Source of the DNA: Octopus sinensis
Taxonomy: Eukaryota
DNA length: 64,000 nt
Direction of reading: 5' to 3'
Assembly (NCBI RefSeq): GCF_006345805.1
Contig: NC_043013.1
Coordinates: forward strand, 47,740,001 to 47,804,000
Numbering within the stretch: the first letter of the stretch is position 1; each line of letters starts with the position of its first letter. Position numbers and translations under genes: made by a program. A model generated the notes under the pieces. That model saw only the letters and a list, made by a program, of their open reading frames with translations. It made no database searches and had not been told where the DNA came from. Positions 1 to 14,046 of this stretch are shown here, one piece after another.

Positions 1-543
1 AAACAGAATCACAGACAGACTGTCAACCGCCTCGGAATATTCCTTTTGAAATATTTATAACACCGTAAGCAATCACTCTACTTTCAATTACAGAGTGAGG
101 ATTATAGACAAGGTTTTCTTCAAGCTTACGATAGCAGCAATTAATGCAGCAGAGACTCGTGGCAATTGCAATGACTATAGCAAACCTGAATAAAGAATAG
201 ATTACAATGTCTTTTTGAAATCAAGCCACACTCTCGTAAGGTTTCTATGATGCTTTCTTAGTTCAGACGGCACATCTTAATTGACATCTTAAATGTCGTT
301 CGGCGTATCTCCACACACTTTTCTTTCCACTTGCCTACTCATCAGTGACTATATCGCTACTCATGCAATGGTCTTACCCACAACTTTGATTAAAGTTTCA
401 ATGTCGAACGTATAAGTTTTACTCTTGTTTTTTGTTGTTGTTGGTGGTGGTGCTGCCGCTGCTGCCGCTGCTGCTGCTGCTGCGGCTGATACAGTATTCT
501 TTCTTAGCCACGTGCTCTCAAATTTAATTTCCTTCTTTCGTTC

Positions 544-1490
544 TACGACGCTATCCCAAAAGTAACCGGAAACGTTCACTGTTGTAGTTCAGACTTCCAC
601 CGATAGGGTCCACTTGATGCGACCCACAGGCATCAGTCTGCCGACCAGCGTCATCGTTTTGATTCGTTCTGCCATGTGGTACGTCTTTGGTTTAGAGTGC
701 GTCTTTGTTTTGCAGTGCGTCTCCCCTGTTCGTCGATTTTTGCGATGGCTGAAAGGAAGGAACAGCGTGCTCCCGGGAAATTCTGTTTTCTGCTGAGGAA
801 AACGACGGCCGAAACATTTGTCATGCTTCAATCAGCAGTGGTTTTTTACACTTTAGGAATGGTCACTTGTTGTTTGAAGACCAACCTCGTTCAGGGCCAC
901 CGTCGACCTCCAGAAACAATGGAAACATCACGAAAATTCATGAAGTGATCTTGGAGGACTGGTCTGTCCTGTAGTTCTTGCCAAAGAATTTTGCAAATGA
1001 AAAAAGTTGCAGCAAAATTTGTGCCTCACTTGCTCACGAAAGTACAAAAGCAGTCGCGACAGAATGCATGTCGTGAACTGAAAGAACAGTTGGAATTTGA
1101 TCCAGACCTTTTTTTCGAAGGTCATCATTGGGATAAAAGCTGATACTACGGCTACAATCCGGAAACGAAGTACCAATCAAGTCAATGGAAGCATTCAATG
1201 TCATCACGCCCCCAAAAAGCGTGTCAAGTGAAGTCCAGTGTCAAGACAATGCTGATTTGTTTCATCGATGCGAAACGAATTGTCCACACAGAATTGTTTC
1301 CTCCTAGTCAAACTGTTAACCAGACATTTTACATGGCAGTTTTGAAACATTTGCGAGATGCGGTGAGACGAAAACGCCCCGACCTTTGGAAAAGTGGAGA
1401 GCGGTGGTTTCATCTCTACAATGCGCCTGCACACACTGCCTTGAGAATGAGATAGCTTTTGACTAAAACTACTATGACCTACAGTGTCTT
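544..1490 (+). mobile_element. Degenerate mariner (Tc1/mariner) transposon, left TIR plus 5' two-thirds of the transposase pseudogene, 3'-truncated
   Basis: TA followed by a TIR-like CGACGCTATCCCAAAAGTAACCGGA. ATG at 745 gives MAERKEQR..KFCFLLRKTTAETFVMLQ. Later frames give KKVAAKFVPHLLT, YGYNPETKYQSSQW, KSSVKTMLICF, LRDAVRRKRPDLW and HLYNAPAHTA, all mariner transposase motifs, broken by stops and frameshifts. Confidence 0.88.
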
Positions 1491-1719
1491 AAATGCATCA
1501 GATCTAAGGCAAAGGAGTTTAATCGTTCCGGCTTTCAAGGGTTTAATTAATTAGATATACAACAATAGTTTATCTAGTACTAATTATGTAATCATTGGAA
1601 TAACGTTGTAAGCGTTGAAGCTAAACTGTAAGCAAAAACTGTAACCCAGAAGCAAAAGGTTTTCCGAATATTGGACTAAATCTACATATGTATATGTCTG
1701 CGTGCACGCAACACGGAGA

Positions 1720-1785
<66 letters not shown>

Positions 1786-2040
1786 ATATATACACATATA
1801 TATCCGTCTCTCTAACTCTCTCCTCTATTTATATTGATGTGTGTGTGTACGTGTTGTGTGTGTGTCTGTGTGTGTGTGTGTGTGGTGTGTGTGTGTGTGT
1901 GTGTTATCTTTCCGCAAAGTCTAGTTTTGCGCATCGTTTCCTCAGCACAAGTTGTGTAGGAGAATGAGAGAGAAAGAGAGAGAGAGAGAAAATGGAGAGA
2001 GAGAGAGGGAGAGAAGGAGCGTGCGGATGAGTGAAGCATA
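1720..2040. repeat. Compound (TA)n/(TG)n/(GA)n microsatellites
   Basis: Directly visible dinucleotide runs. Confidence 0.9.
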
Positions 2041-2368
2041 TATTGCTCAACTTTCCGCCCAGAAATTTAGACATTAATCCTGCAACTGACACTTATATGT
2101 CGTTTTTTGCCTTCCGTTATTATATTTTTTTCACTATAAATATGTTTAATTAATAACAGGATGGGAGAGAAGAGATGACGGGGTGGAGGTACAGTACAGT
2201 AAAAGTTTAATACTGCATTATGCCTCTGCCATCTCCCAACACCTACATTATTAACAGTAACGTTACCAACACCACCGCCAACAATAACAACAATATCATT
2301 TAACATAACAATTATTAGACTTACAATATATTATCAATAATGAAAAGTTTAAAAAATACCACAATGAA

Positions 2369-2369
<1 letters not shown>

Positions 2370-2424
<55 letters not shown>

Positions 2425-2434
2425 TAATAATAAT
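2370..2434. repeat. (AAT)n microsatellite
   Basis: Pure AAT run. Confidence 0.95.
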
Positions 2435-2769
2435 TACCAAAACAACAACGGTCCTGTTTGGGCGGTGATGATTGCAGTTGGGTTAATACGGAAAACAAGT
2501 GAAAATCAGACGTGGCTTCAACTCAAATGAGTTAGAAGGGAAAGAAAATTAATTCATACAAAGAAAGAGAGAAAAACAATGAAATAGCATTAAGAAGAAG
2601 AAGAAGAAGAACAACAACAACAACAAGGAAAATTACTACAACAGCAACAACAACAGCAGCAACAACAAAGAAATCAAGATAAACAGTCAATGTTATTTTA
2701 TTTCAATTCTTTCAGTTGAAAAATTGCATCGTAAATTTTTTTTTTTTGTTCAAGTGATAATAGAAATTA

Positions 2770-3529
2770 TTTTATAAGCACACATATACACACACACAAG
2801 TGCACACACACACACACGTGCATATATATATATATACATACACACAAATAAACACATACATATATTCATATACAAACATCTGTATACACGCATATACATA
2901 TATGCATATATTTGTACATACATATATATATATACATTTATATATATATATATATATTTATATATACATATATATGCATATATCACATAAATATATGTAT
3001 ATATATATGCATATTTCTGTGTGTATATATATATGTCTGTGTGTGTGTAATCATATATATATATATTCGTACATATATAGGTGAGCGTGTATGTGTATAT
3101 GTGTATTTTTCTCTGAATCCATATCCCATACTACTGTTTTATATGTAATATATGTATATATATATACATACATTTGCCACACGCATATATATATATACGT
3201 ATATATATACGTATATGCATATATACACACAAACTCACACACATATGTATACGAATACGCGCAAATACATACCCATACCTTAAACATTTAGTATGTGTGT
3301 ATAATGTCTATAGGTGTAAGTCATACCTTGTATACAGCTGTATACTGGCATGTTTATGAAGTGTGGTTGCGTGTGTATGTGCGTGTGCGTGTGTGTGTGT
3401 TTGGTCGGGTGTCTGTGTGTATGCGTGTGCGTGTGTGTGCGCACGTGTGTGAACAAGTGTACTTGTGTGGCGACAGACAAGTATTTGAGATAACGCTTGT
3501 TTATATCAATGGATGGATATGAGTCCGTT

Positions 3530-3604
<75 letters not shown>

Positions 3605-3606
3605 TG

Positions 3607-3639
<33 letters not shown>

Positions 3640-3673
3640 ATACATACAAATACATATATATATATATATATAT

Positions 3674-3716
<43 letters not shown>

Positions 3717-3960
3717 TATATACATATATATATATATTACATATATATATATACATATATATATATATACATATATATATATACATATATATACATATAT
3801 ACATATATATACATATATACATATACATATATATATACATATATATATATGAATTTATAGATAATGGAAATATGTTTGTAGTATACATATATATGTATAT
3901 ATATATGTGTGTGTGTGTGTGTATGTGCATGGAGAGTTATATGCGAGTGATCGAGCGAGT
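2770..3960. repeat. Large compound (TA)n/(CA)n/(TATG)n microsatellite field
   Basis: Directly visible; source of many spurious YI/HT/CV ORFs. Confidence 0.9.
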
Positions 3961-4160
3961 GTGCATGTGTGTGTATGCGTGTATATTTGAGAGAGAGAAA
4001 GAGGATGTTCCAAGAGAGAGAGAGAGAGAGAAGACCAACGGAAGAGAGACATTAAAAGAAGGTGAGATATATTGATACAGACATAGATATAGCTTCATGG
4101 AAGGCTGTTTCTACTCACACTCTCACACACTCGCACAAACACATTCATGTACACAAATAT

Positions 4161-4191
<31 letters not shown>

Positions 4192-4924
4192 TTCACAGCA
4201 CATAAGTGTCTGTGTATCTCTATGGCCATATGCATGTATGCGTGTCTGTATTTGTCTACGAATCATTTCGATTAAATAAAATTGAATACATAGATCAGCT
4301 AAGTTTTTTTCAAAGTAAAGATACCTTCAAATTAATAATGTTTTGTTTATCTAATAATCCCATTTCCTGTTCCAAACTGTCATACACAAGTCTTCGTCTC
4401 TTTTCCTCTTTTCTTTCCTAATTTTGATTTGAGCATTTTTTAAAATTATGAACTCATAAAAGAACGGCCCAAAAATGATATTAAATAACAACAGTAACAA
4501 CATCAACAAAATTAGTAATAGTAATAATAATAATAATACCAATAACAATATGAGCAACAATAATAATAATAATAAATTATTTGCAACATAAGAAGCTTAA
4601 AATAATCTGTAATAATTTTTATTTATTATGTGTAATAGTCTTTCTTATAGTTGCTTTGTAGTGTTTGTTGTTGTTTTTCTGGAGTTTCCATCTATTGCTT
4701 TCTTCAGTCATCTTCTTCTTTTTCGTCTTCTTCTTCGTATTAATGTTATAAATGCTGATGATGTTATTTTTTAAATTTATTTTATTTATTCTATTTATTT
4801 ATTATTATTTTTTTTTATTATGGCTCATTCATTCGAAAACTGTATTCATCTTTGAAACACTAACGCTTGATAGAAACAAATATTTCTTTTCCACGCCCTG
4901 CTTCATACTTTTAGTTTCTGTTTT

Positions 4925-4928
4925 ATTA

Positions 4929-4971
<43 letters not shown>

Positions 4972-5015
4972 TATTATTATTACCATTATTATTATTATTA
5001 CCATTATTATTATTA

Positions 5016-5092
<77 letters not shown>

Positions 5093-5160
5093 GTTGTTGT
5101 TGTTATTTGTGCTATTATTATTATTATTATCATTATTTTTATTTGCATTATTATTATTAT
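4925..5160. repeat. (ATT)n microsatellite with ACC/ATC interruptions
   Basis: Directly visible. Confidence 0.95.
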
Positions 5161-6424
5161 AATATTTTAATTAATCTTTTATTTCTGTGAATCGAAGCAT
5201 CAACAGATGGTTACGACATCCTGCCTTATATGACAACCACAGAAAATGGCCACTTTGCCCTTTGCTTTCATTACGTTAAGAGTTAGCTATCGTCTTATTA
5301 GAAGACAGTTTGAAAATTCAGCAATGACATTTGTGTGATACTTGAAAACCAAATTCTATACCTCCTAGAAAAGATGCTCATGTTTCTTTCCTGTAACTTT
5401 AACTCGTCTTTTCCTATTTCTTTGTGATCTCGAGTAGTTTCGTGTATAATATCAGTTATATATCCGATATTAGTTTGTTTGACATCCAATAAATTGAAGA
5501 TTCTTATTTATATATATTTTTAAGATGTTATTATTTTCCTTTTATAGAAAAGATGGCAGTTTTCTCTTTTTACTTTCTTCTGCTTCAAAAGTAAATATAA
5601 TTTTAACTTATTTTCTTACACAATACATTTATGGCTTGCATTATTCATAAAAGAAATAAATGCAAATGAGATTAATATCTGTATAGATTGATACGGATAC
5701 ACGCGCACACATGCATCCACGAACAAGAAGCATTTATGTATATATACAAAATATGATTACTTAAAAATTTATATGATTATTTAATAATATAGTGAAGTTA
5801 TGCGGCTGGGTGGATTGGAACCGGGGAAATGAATAACATGTTTGTGTGTGTGTGTAAAATGATATTAACTTCTCTTAACCTGAAGGTATAAGTTCGATTT
5901 ATACCCGTTGCGTTTTTACATTGTTTAATAGGCTGTTTTGGGTGACATTTCGATATGAAAATGTTTAGAGAATGCATGAGTTTAAATTCTGTAAATATTT
6001 TCTTATGCGACCCATTGAAACTAATCCAATACAACACCTTCAAGCGGTTATATTGCTTTAATAGTTTCTCAATAATATATAATTTATTATATTTCTGAGT
6101 GGAAAGTATAACTCACAAACAAGTATGTTTCAGTTAATCCAATTTTCAAAATTAGATATTTGGTGGGCAGATATTCCCCTGGATAGTACGTGGCTCATGG
6201 TGCTAAGATGAGTTACATAGAGCAGTGTGATTGGTTATGACTTCACTCTTCTCATAAAGAAGTCATTTTGCGACGTCTTAGATTCGACTTAAGTATTCTA
6301 TGTTCTGCTGTTTAAACGACAGTTTATAATTTGGTCAAACTGAGGTCTTGTCTATATGATTATTATAAAGTCATTTTGCGATCGCTATGCCATGTGTATA
6401 TAATTACTATATTGTCATTATTCT

Positions 6425-6870
6425 ATAAACATACCATCATTATACCATCAATATACCATCACTTTACCATCTTGAAACAATCATTGTAACTTCATTATAC
6501 TATCAGTATACTATCTCTATAATATCATTAAACAACCACTAAAGTATAACTATGGCATCACTCCGCACTCAGCATACCATCAACTTCTACCATCACTACA
6601 CCATCACTATATCATCATTATACCGTCTCTATATCATCACTATACATTCATAAACCTCACTATTCCACGACTACACATATGTATACTATCACTATACCGT
6701 CATTAAACCTTCACTATAAACCACTATACCATCACCATATCATCACCATACCATTATAAACCTCACTATACGTCTATTCTATCCCTATACCTTTATTAAG
6801 CATCTACTGTATCATGAATGCAGCATCGCTATACCATCAATGTACCATCAATGTACTGTCGTGATTCTAT
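6425..6870. repeat. Degenerate tandem array of a ~11-bp TATACCATCAC-like unit
   Basis: Recurrent ATACCATCA/ACTATA motifs over ~450 bp with strong strand bias. Confidence 0.6.
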
Positions 6871-8097
6871 TATCCGTAGCCATAAGTACTTTGAACATAT
6901 TTTCGGTGTTATTATAAAATATTTTATATTCTCCAGTAATAGTAGACTCTTCTTCAAATCTAAGCTTTTGTGTGATTACCAGGTGATCTCTTTCATGTGT
7001 CAAAGTGTTTTCCCTTAAACAGCCTATATAATCGTCTCTATAAAGAAAATTTTGTTGTTTCAGTTGCTGCTGTTATTGATATTTTATCATTAATTTTGTA
7101 CTTCATTTTTATTTAACCTAAGGCCAATGACAGAGGCATTTCATTGAGATCATCTTTACATTTCCAGCATTTTGTAACAACTGTTCTTTTATCTAACGTT
7201 CCCTCCCATCTTTAAAATGGTCGGGTGTGATTTGAAGTAGAGGAGCCTGATAAGAAATTGGCATTGATGTTTCTGAATAAGTAATCACAACAAATCGTGG
7301 CAGGGATCGCTTGAATTGAAAAGAAAAATTTTGCGAAATGCTGCTCACGTTTCGCTTCCTGAGTATTTTAAAACGGAGTTTAATTTTTCTGTGAGAATCC
7401 ATCATTATATTTTCCTTCATAATCTTTACTTCCACTGCCAGGGGTATCTTCCACGTCGTAGTATTTTAAGAATGTTAGACCTTTGCTCAGTCTTGGAATT
7501 ATGTAATTGATTAAAAAATACGAAGAACGATCTTAGATAGATGACTAAAAGCAATATATAGCTATGGTAAGTATAAGAAGTAAAAGGTATATGCCAAATA
7601 GCAAAAGAGTATATGCCGTGAAGAGTTTATTGCTGCAAGGTACAAAGAAATCTATCCATCTTCTTCGCCAACTACTCCCTGATGGATTACAGAGTTAGAG
7701 GCTTCGGGCACCTCCTACAGTGAATTTTGTTGATGGATTTCCATGAGAACCCAACGGAGACTATGGATATTATCCAAACATCTCGTTCTTTGTCTACTCG
7801 CTACGTCACTTTGCGGTTAGCTCGGCCTAACGAATCTGTCTTGCGAGCCTTTTCTGCGACGTCCTAATTGCCTGTCGTACTAGAGTTGCGACCTCTTAGT
7901 GTGGAGAAGAATTGGCTCGATCTGGAGAGTCTCCCTCATCTCTGAAATACACATCATGTCGAGTAACGTTACCCCAGAGGTCCTTTGGTTATGGGGACAT
8001 GAAACGAAGAATTAATAAGTAATAACTTAACACCATAGAGCATTAATAGGATTGAGGTAATAGGCAAATACTGCAGAAAGGTACAGGTATAGTTACC

Positions 8098-8326
8098 TAT
8101 GTCTTTACTACCCACAAGGGGCTAAACATAGAGGGGACAAACAAGGACAGACAAACGGATTAAGTCGATTACATCGACCCCAGTGCGTAACTGGTATTTA
8201 ATTTATCTATCCCGAAAGGATGAAAGGTAAAGTCGACCTCGGCGGAATTTGAACTCAGAACGTAACTGCAGACGAAATACTGGAAACCATTTCGCCCGGC
8301 GCGCTAACGTTTCTGCAATCACGCCA
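8098..8326 (-). mobile_element. tRNA-derived SINE family B monomer with 13-bp TSD
   Basis: Reverse complement of the family-B consensus (head, B-box-like GAGTTCAAATTCC, tail ..GTGGGTAGTAAAGACATA). Flanked by AGGTATAGTTACC at 8085-8097 and 8327-8339. Confidence 0.85.
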
Positions 8327-8700
8327 AGGTATAGTTACCGCATAGATAATAGCTACAGGCCACAGACAGATAATAATCTTAATTTGGTATTATCTCCCCT
8401 AAGCAGGTTGAATGCTAAAGGCTCTAAATGCTATCCATGGCTATGTACAAGATGGCGTTTCAAACCGTTTGATAGAAGCTGGAAGGCCACTTCCAGATTT
8501 GAACTTAGAATACAAGCAGCCTGAACACACACCGTTTTACGTCTTCGCTGACGAACTAACGATTCTAACATTTACCCCAACAAAGACTCGTCTGGTAATT
8601 TATTCATCTAATATGAAACAATAAAAGACAATCGGGACTTTAGTGGTGTTTGGATTCAAAATGTAATGAACCAGAATAAATACTGTAAGGTATTTCGTCC

Positions 8701-9223
8701 GGCGAGCTGGCAGAAACGTTAGCACGCCGGGTGAAATGCTTAGCTGTATTTCGTCTGCCGCTACGTTCTGAGTTCAAATTCCGCTGAGGTCGACTTTGCC
8801 ATTCATCTTTTCGGGGTCGATTAAATAAGTACCATTTACGCACTGGGGTCGATATAATCGACTTAATCCGTTACGTTCTGAGTTCTAAATTCCGCCGAGG
8901 TCGACTTTGCCATTCATCCTTTCGGGGTCGATTAAATAAGTACCAATCACGCACTGGGTTCGATATAATCGACTTAATCCGTTTGTCTGTCTTTGTTTGT
9001 CCTCTCTGTGTTTAGCCCCTTGTGGGTAGTAAAGAAATAGGTATTTCGTCTGCCGTTACGTTCTGAGTTCAAATTCCGTCGAGGTCGACTTTCCCTTTTA
9101 TCCTTTCGAGGTCGATTAAATAGGTACCAATCACGCACTGGGTTCAATATAATCGACTTAATCTGTTTGTCTGTTCTTGTTTGTCCTCTCTGTATTTAGC
9201 CCCTTGTGGGCAGTAAAGAAATA
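8701..9223 (+). mobile_element. SINE family B array: one head plus three body units, 12-bp TSD
   Basis: Head GGCGAGCTGGCAGAAACGTTAGC, then repeated bodies; last unit 9040-9223 is 184 bp. GGTATTTCGTCC at 8689-8700 and 9224-9235. Confidence 0.85.
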
Positions 9224-9494
9224 GGTATTTCGTCCGACTTTCTGACGCCCCTACTAAATTGCTTCCACAAAGCTGCATAGGATTCTGACTTTAAGAAGGA
9301 AACAATGACATACCTCAAACAAGTAATTTTATATACAGTATATTACGAAGAGGTATGCCATCAATCGGCAAGGGAGAATTAGTAACAATTCTGCAACAAT
9401 GAGGTAAGTGGTGAGGTAGAAAACGATGGTAGAGTATATACGGCCTGAAACAATGAAATTGCCAGAAAAATGAAAAATGTATAAAGAAATACTG

Positions 9495-9568
9495 ATAGTG
9501 TGTGTGTCTGTGTGTCTGTGTGTGCGTGTGTGTGTATGTATGTATGCATATGTATGTATATATACACA

Positions 9569-9607
<39 letters not shown>

Positions 9608-9680
9608 GCATATATATGTGTGTGTATATATGATTATATATATATATATGTATATATCCATATAAATATGTATATGTGTG

Positions 9681-9764
<84 letters not shown>

Positions 9765-9790
9765 TATGTGTGTGTACGTGTGTATATGTG
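9495..9790. repeat. Compound (TG)n/(TA)n/(CA)n microsatellite
   Basis: Directly visible. Confidence 0.9.
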
Positions 9791-10439
9791 CGTAGTGAGT
9801 GCGAAAAAATGGTAGTGTAGCCAAAGCTGTATTCTACTCTAAATTTGCATGTAGTTTAGTCGGAGGACAGACGTGTAATGAAAGTTAAATACGACAGTGT
9901 GAGGGAAAAAAGTTTGTGATTTCATAAACTAAATGTAAATCAGTATCTCAAGCGAATTAGAATGCATTGACTGAGAGGAATGGGAAAAAATCGATGTTGC
10001 AACTACAGTGGAAATAGTTTCTTTGTGCGGCAAAATAATAAAGATGTTTTTAAATAATTGAAAAATTTACATATCGTACTAATTTTCTGACTAATTAAAA
10101 CAAATAATATTAAAATATTAAAAAATGAAAATATGCAAATATGACACTAAGAAAAAGTTTTTCTATTATAAAGTTGTAGTACATATGATATTAATGTGTG
10201 TATGTGTGTGCGTGTGTGTTGTGGTGTGTGTGCGTCCGTGAGTGTGTCCTGGTGTGCATGTGTATCCTGGTGTGTGTGTACATGTGTGTCCTGATATACA
10301 CTAACTAGATACACACACGTATGCACATTGTGCACGTCGTAAATTCTCTAATGCAAGTAACTGTTCATTTTAGAGTGCTCTACCTCCAATTAGAAATTAG
10401 CTGGAACTGATATATATATACACATATACGTTTATATAT

Positions 10440-10794
10440 TTGTAGAGCAAGATTTTTTATGTGAGGTCGTGTGTTGAAACAGATATTGTTGTATTTCGGA
10501 ATGGTCATTTTGCCAGTTTAGCCAATAGAAACACACGCACTATATATTTTATTTTGGCTACCGAATAATTGTCACATAATATATTTACATATATTTATGT
10601 GTATATATATATATATATATATAAACAAGAAAGCAAAAGACCACTGATGCAGTCACAGGATTGTGACGAAAGAACTCTGGCCGAAATAAGATTAAGCTTA
10701 ATGTAAAAAATAAATAACACTGAAGTAAAGTAACACCAAATATATAGTGCGTGTCTTTTTATTGGCTAAACTGGCAAAATTACCATTCCGAAAT

Positions 10795-10803
<9 letters not shown>
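10440..10803. mobile_element. (TA)n-embedded repeat unit present as an inverted partial copy (10440-10555) and a direct copy (10622-10803); probable Penelope-like element pseudo-LTR fragments
   Basis: 10478-10547 is the reverse complement of 10737-10803. Both match the copy at 47470-47745, and the unit contains a hammerhead-like fold. The Penelope-like assignment is an inference from the inverted arrangement plus the hammerhead. Confidence 0.55.
10641..10680 (+). ncRNA. Minimal type I hammerhead-ribozyme-like fold, non-canonical core
   Basis: CCA-CTGATGC-A-GTCACA(GGAT)TGTGAC-GAAA-GAAC-TC-TGG: stem I, 6-bp stem II, GAAA and CUC triplet in hammerhead register, but A9 is C. Confidence 0.45.
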
Positions 10804-10841
<38 letters not shown>

Positions 10842-10953
10842 CATATTATATTATATTATATTATATTATATATAATGTCGTACTTATATGTATATATATA
10901 TATACATACATATTATATTATATATATATAATGTCGTATATATATATGTATAT

Positions 10954-11058
<105 letters not shown>

Positions 11059-11104
11059 TACATACATACATATTATATTATATATAATGTCGTATATATA
11101 TGTG

Positions 11105-11345
11105 AATATAATATGTGACAATTATTCGGTAGCCAAGATAAAGCTCCGAGTTTCGGATACCGAGGTAGAAATTCACGCCGCCCTCTCTTCAGTAATCCAG
11201 CCATCTAAAAAACACTATGAAAAATGATCGTTATACAAAGGGAAGTCACTGTGTGATTGACTGTTATTAAGACAAAATAGCTATTCGAATGACCGCTAAG
11301 TAAGGGAAAGGGGTAAAAATTCCATAGTATTCGCGTAAGCTCGCC
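11105..11345 (+). repeat. (TA)n-flanked interspersed repeat fragment
   Basis: Its first ~30 bp (ATGTGACAATTATTCGGTAGCCAA) recur in inverted orientation at ~10554-10580. Confidence 0.45.
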
Positions 11346-11686
11346 TGTTCATACCTATACATGTGCGTGCGCATACATTCATCTACCCTCACTTGAAAAC
11401 GTACACATCCTCACTCGCATCTTTCGCCAAATGTATATGCATATACATACAAACCCCCCCACACACACACACACACACAAACGCGTGCCTGCGTGTGTGT
11501 GCGTATATAGACGTGTGCGGGTATGTGCGTATATGGGCGTATGTGTGTGCGTGCATAAGGGTATGAGCATATATAGACGTGGTTTACTCTTTGTATACTC
11601 TCTTATGCCTCTTTTCTGTATTGTTACCCTTAACCCTGCTTTTTCTTGTGCTTGTGCGTATGTAAACGTGTGTATGAACCTATACT

Positions 11687-11805
11687 GAGCTTCGTGAAGC
11701 TTTAGGTGTTCTCACTCAATAAACACTCACAACGCCCTGTCTGGGAATCGAAACCGCAATCCTACGACCGCGAGTTCGCTGCCCTAACCACTGAACCATT
11801 GCACC
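11687..11805 (-). mobile_element. tRNA-derived SINE family C, 5' portion
   Basis: Reverse strand reads AGGTGCAATGGTTCAGTGGTTAGGGC..GGTTTCGATTCCC (A-box and B-box) followed by a non-tRNA body. Confidence 0.6.
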
Positions 11806-11959
11806 TACACACACATATATATATATACATATCTATATATATATAATATAGTATATTATATTATATTATATGCTGGTCACTGATGTTATTTTTTTATGAT
11901 TTTATCTTTTAATTATATATATTTATTATGTGTGTGTATTTGTGTGTGTAAGTATAAGT

Positions 11960-11962
11960 GTG

Positions 11963-12008
<46 letters not shown>

Positions 12009-12026
12009 TGATAGATAGATAGATAT

Positions 12027-12121
<95 letters not shown>
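11960..12121. repeat. (TA)n plus (GATA)n microsatellite
   Basis: Directly visible. Confidence 0.95.
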
Positions 12122-12829
12122 TACACATAATGTTATTCTTCAGCCATACAAACAATCCAACACACCTCCATCATCAGCTGTCCCATGGATATCATTATGG
12201 TTTCGACACCTAGGCAGTAAGTACCATTCAATCTGGCGGTTTCAACAGCACGAAAATAAGTGTTGTATGGGAACAAACAAACCAAAGAAACCGCAACCTT
12301 CAAACACATTTGACTTATGTACCATCGTATCGATAAATAATTTCAAAAAGTAAATTACAGCCACTCCTAAATGCGTAACTGAACAGCGACAACTCTATTA
12401 ACTCATTAAAAAATTATAATCCCTACCGTCTTCAGAATTGAAATATAAAAATAAAAGCTTGATAACCACATTATTTCAATCAACCAATTTATAGGCAGGA
12501 TTAAACATGAACTTTAATAAAACTACAACAGAGACATATAAACCAATGTACCTTGTGTCAGTATTAATAGTAAACGACAATAACTAAATAATATGTTAAA
12601 TTCCGACCAATCTTTAAGTCCATATAAATAATAATCCCACCGGTCTTCCATAGATACTATTACAATGACTGTTCAAGCCTTACAAAATTTTTTCCAAAAC
12701 AGAACACGATTGAAACTGATTGAGCCAAGAGAAAGATACACACACACTCCCATGAACCTAGGCGGTCCAAGCTCAGTTCATCTAAATGAGGTATTTAATC
12801 GCTGAGCGCACACAACGGCTCAACAGATA

Positions 12830-13185
12830 TATTTCTTTATTACCCACAAGGGGCTAAACATAGAGGGGACAAACAAGGACAGACAAAGGGATTAAATCGA
12901 TTACATCGACCCCAGTGCGTAACTAGTACTTAATTTATCGACCCCGAAAGGATGAAAGGCAAAGTCGACCTCGGCGGAATTTGAACTCAGAACGTAACGA
13001 CAGACGAAATACCTATTTCTTTACTATCCACAAGGGGCTAAACACAGAGGGGACAAACAAGGACAGACAAAGGGATTAAATCGATTACATCGACCCCAGT
13101 GCGTAACTAGTACTTAATTTATCGACCCCGAAAGGATTAAAGGCAAAGTCGACCTCGGCGGAATTTGAACTCACAACGTAACGGT
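12830..13185 (-). mobile_element. SINE family B headless (5'-truncated) dimer with TSD
   Basis: Two body units joined at AAAGAAATA|GGTATTTCG (unit 12830-13013 is 184 bp). TCAACAGATA flanks both ends (12820-12829, 13186-13195). Confidence 0.85.
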
Positions 13186-13254
13186 TCAACAGATAGTTAA
13201 ATGCCTTGATATCTTTTGAGATTTAAGATTAACGGCTAGAATTTACCTCAGATA

Positions 13255-13639
13255 TCTCTCTCTATATAAACGGCAGTTTGTCTGTTTGCGTGTCTGTGTG
13301 TCTGTTAGGTTGTACCCTCACCCTGACAACTGCTTTCAACCGATTCTGATGAAACTTGACACACACATAGCCCAATGTCATAATTCAAAACTAACGCAGC
13401 GGAAATTTTGAAAAGTTCCCCCAGTTCTGAAAAAAATCGATAAATTCGACATGGGGTCGAGAATCAGAAACACAAACCACAGACTGTCATGGGGACGCAA
13501 CTCGACCTTTTTAACTCTCAAAAAAAATTTACCATAATTTTTTTTCCCATTTTTTGGCTATTTTTTGGCTATAACTCTCTAAAAATGCTTTATAGTTATT
13601 TCCCTTACAAACCCGAGCAACGCCGGGCGATACTGCTAG
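13255..13639 (+). mobile_element. Non-autonomous Helitron
   Basis: A|TC 5' end, subterminal hairpin CCCGAGCAACGCCGGG, CTAG|T 3' end, no TSD; near-identical inverted copy at 40033-40416. Confidence 0.8.
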
Positions 13640-13848
13640 TACCTTATAAAGAAAATACGAGTTATCTAGTTTATGTTAACATTACAACCTGCTGAACAAA
13701 CGAAAACAAAGTGTTTATTTGTGTAAATCACATAAAAATAATAACTGCTTAAAATCAGAAGCGAAATATACCTTCACATTGTTTTACAGTGGTAAGAAGC
13801 TCCGTGCTACAAAGCATTGTTGGAGTCTGTATACTATAGTCTCTATAG

Positions 13849-14046
13849 CAGTAGTTCCCAAAATTTTTAGAGTCACGACCCACTATTTATCACACCAGTT
13901 TATGATGACCCACTTAACTCTACTGAACTTTCTCGATAGACAGCAGTTAATCAAAGCTAATGAGTAATTTTATAACTTTTTGCGACCCACTAAGATTCCG
14001 TTCGCGACCCATCTGTGGGTCGCGACTCATAGTTTGGGAACCACTG
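13849..14046. mobile_element. hAT (Charlie-like) MITE, 198 bp
   Basis: TIRs CAGTAGTTCCCAAA / TTTGGGAACCACTG and a perfect 8-bp TSD CTCTATAG (13841-13848, 14047-14054). Confidence 0.9.

Noticed and set aside
2750-4075. Numerous long ORFs rich in YI, HT, CV, MYVC or YLSI repeats here and throughout the window
   Set aside because: They are translations of (TA)n, (CA)n, (TACA)n and (GATA)n microsatellites, which lack stops in some frames; no coding signal.
8412-8624. 70-aa ATG ORF MLKALNAIHGYVQDG.. with a possible GTAATT donor
   Set aside because: Short, wedged between two SINEs, no recognisable homology; within chance expectation.
8701-9223. Regularly spaced direct repeats superficially like a CRISPR array
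   Set aside because: Units are 184-bp SINE bodies with no unique spacers and no cas genes; the context is eukaryotic.
9339-9403. Possible 65-nt plus-strand exon ending at GAG|GTAAGT
   Set aside because: Strong donor but weak acceptor and no partner exons identified.
11135-11200. Minus-strand CTGAAGA..GAAAC hammerhead candidate (and CTAAAGA..GGTCAAAC at 55276-55305)
   Set aside because: Stems II/III or core bases do not fit the register without several assumed mutations; at best decayed relics.
11745-11805. tRNA-like sequences at SINE heads
   Set aside because: A and B boxes are present but no complete cloverleaf or acceptor stem, and they continue into SINE bodies; not called as tRNA genes.
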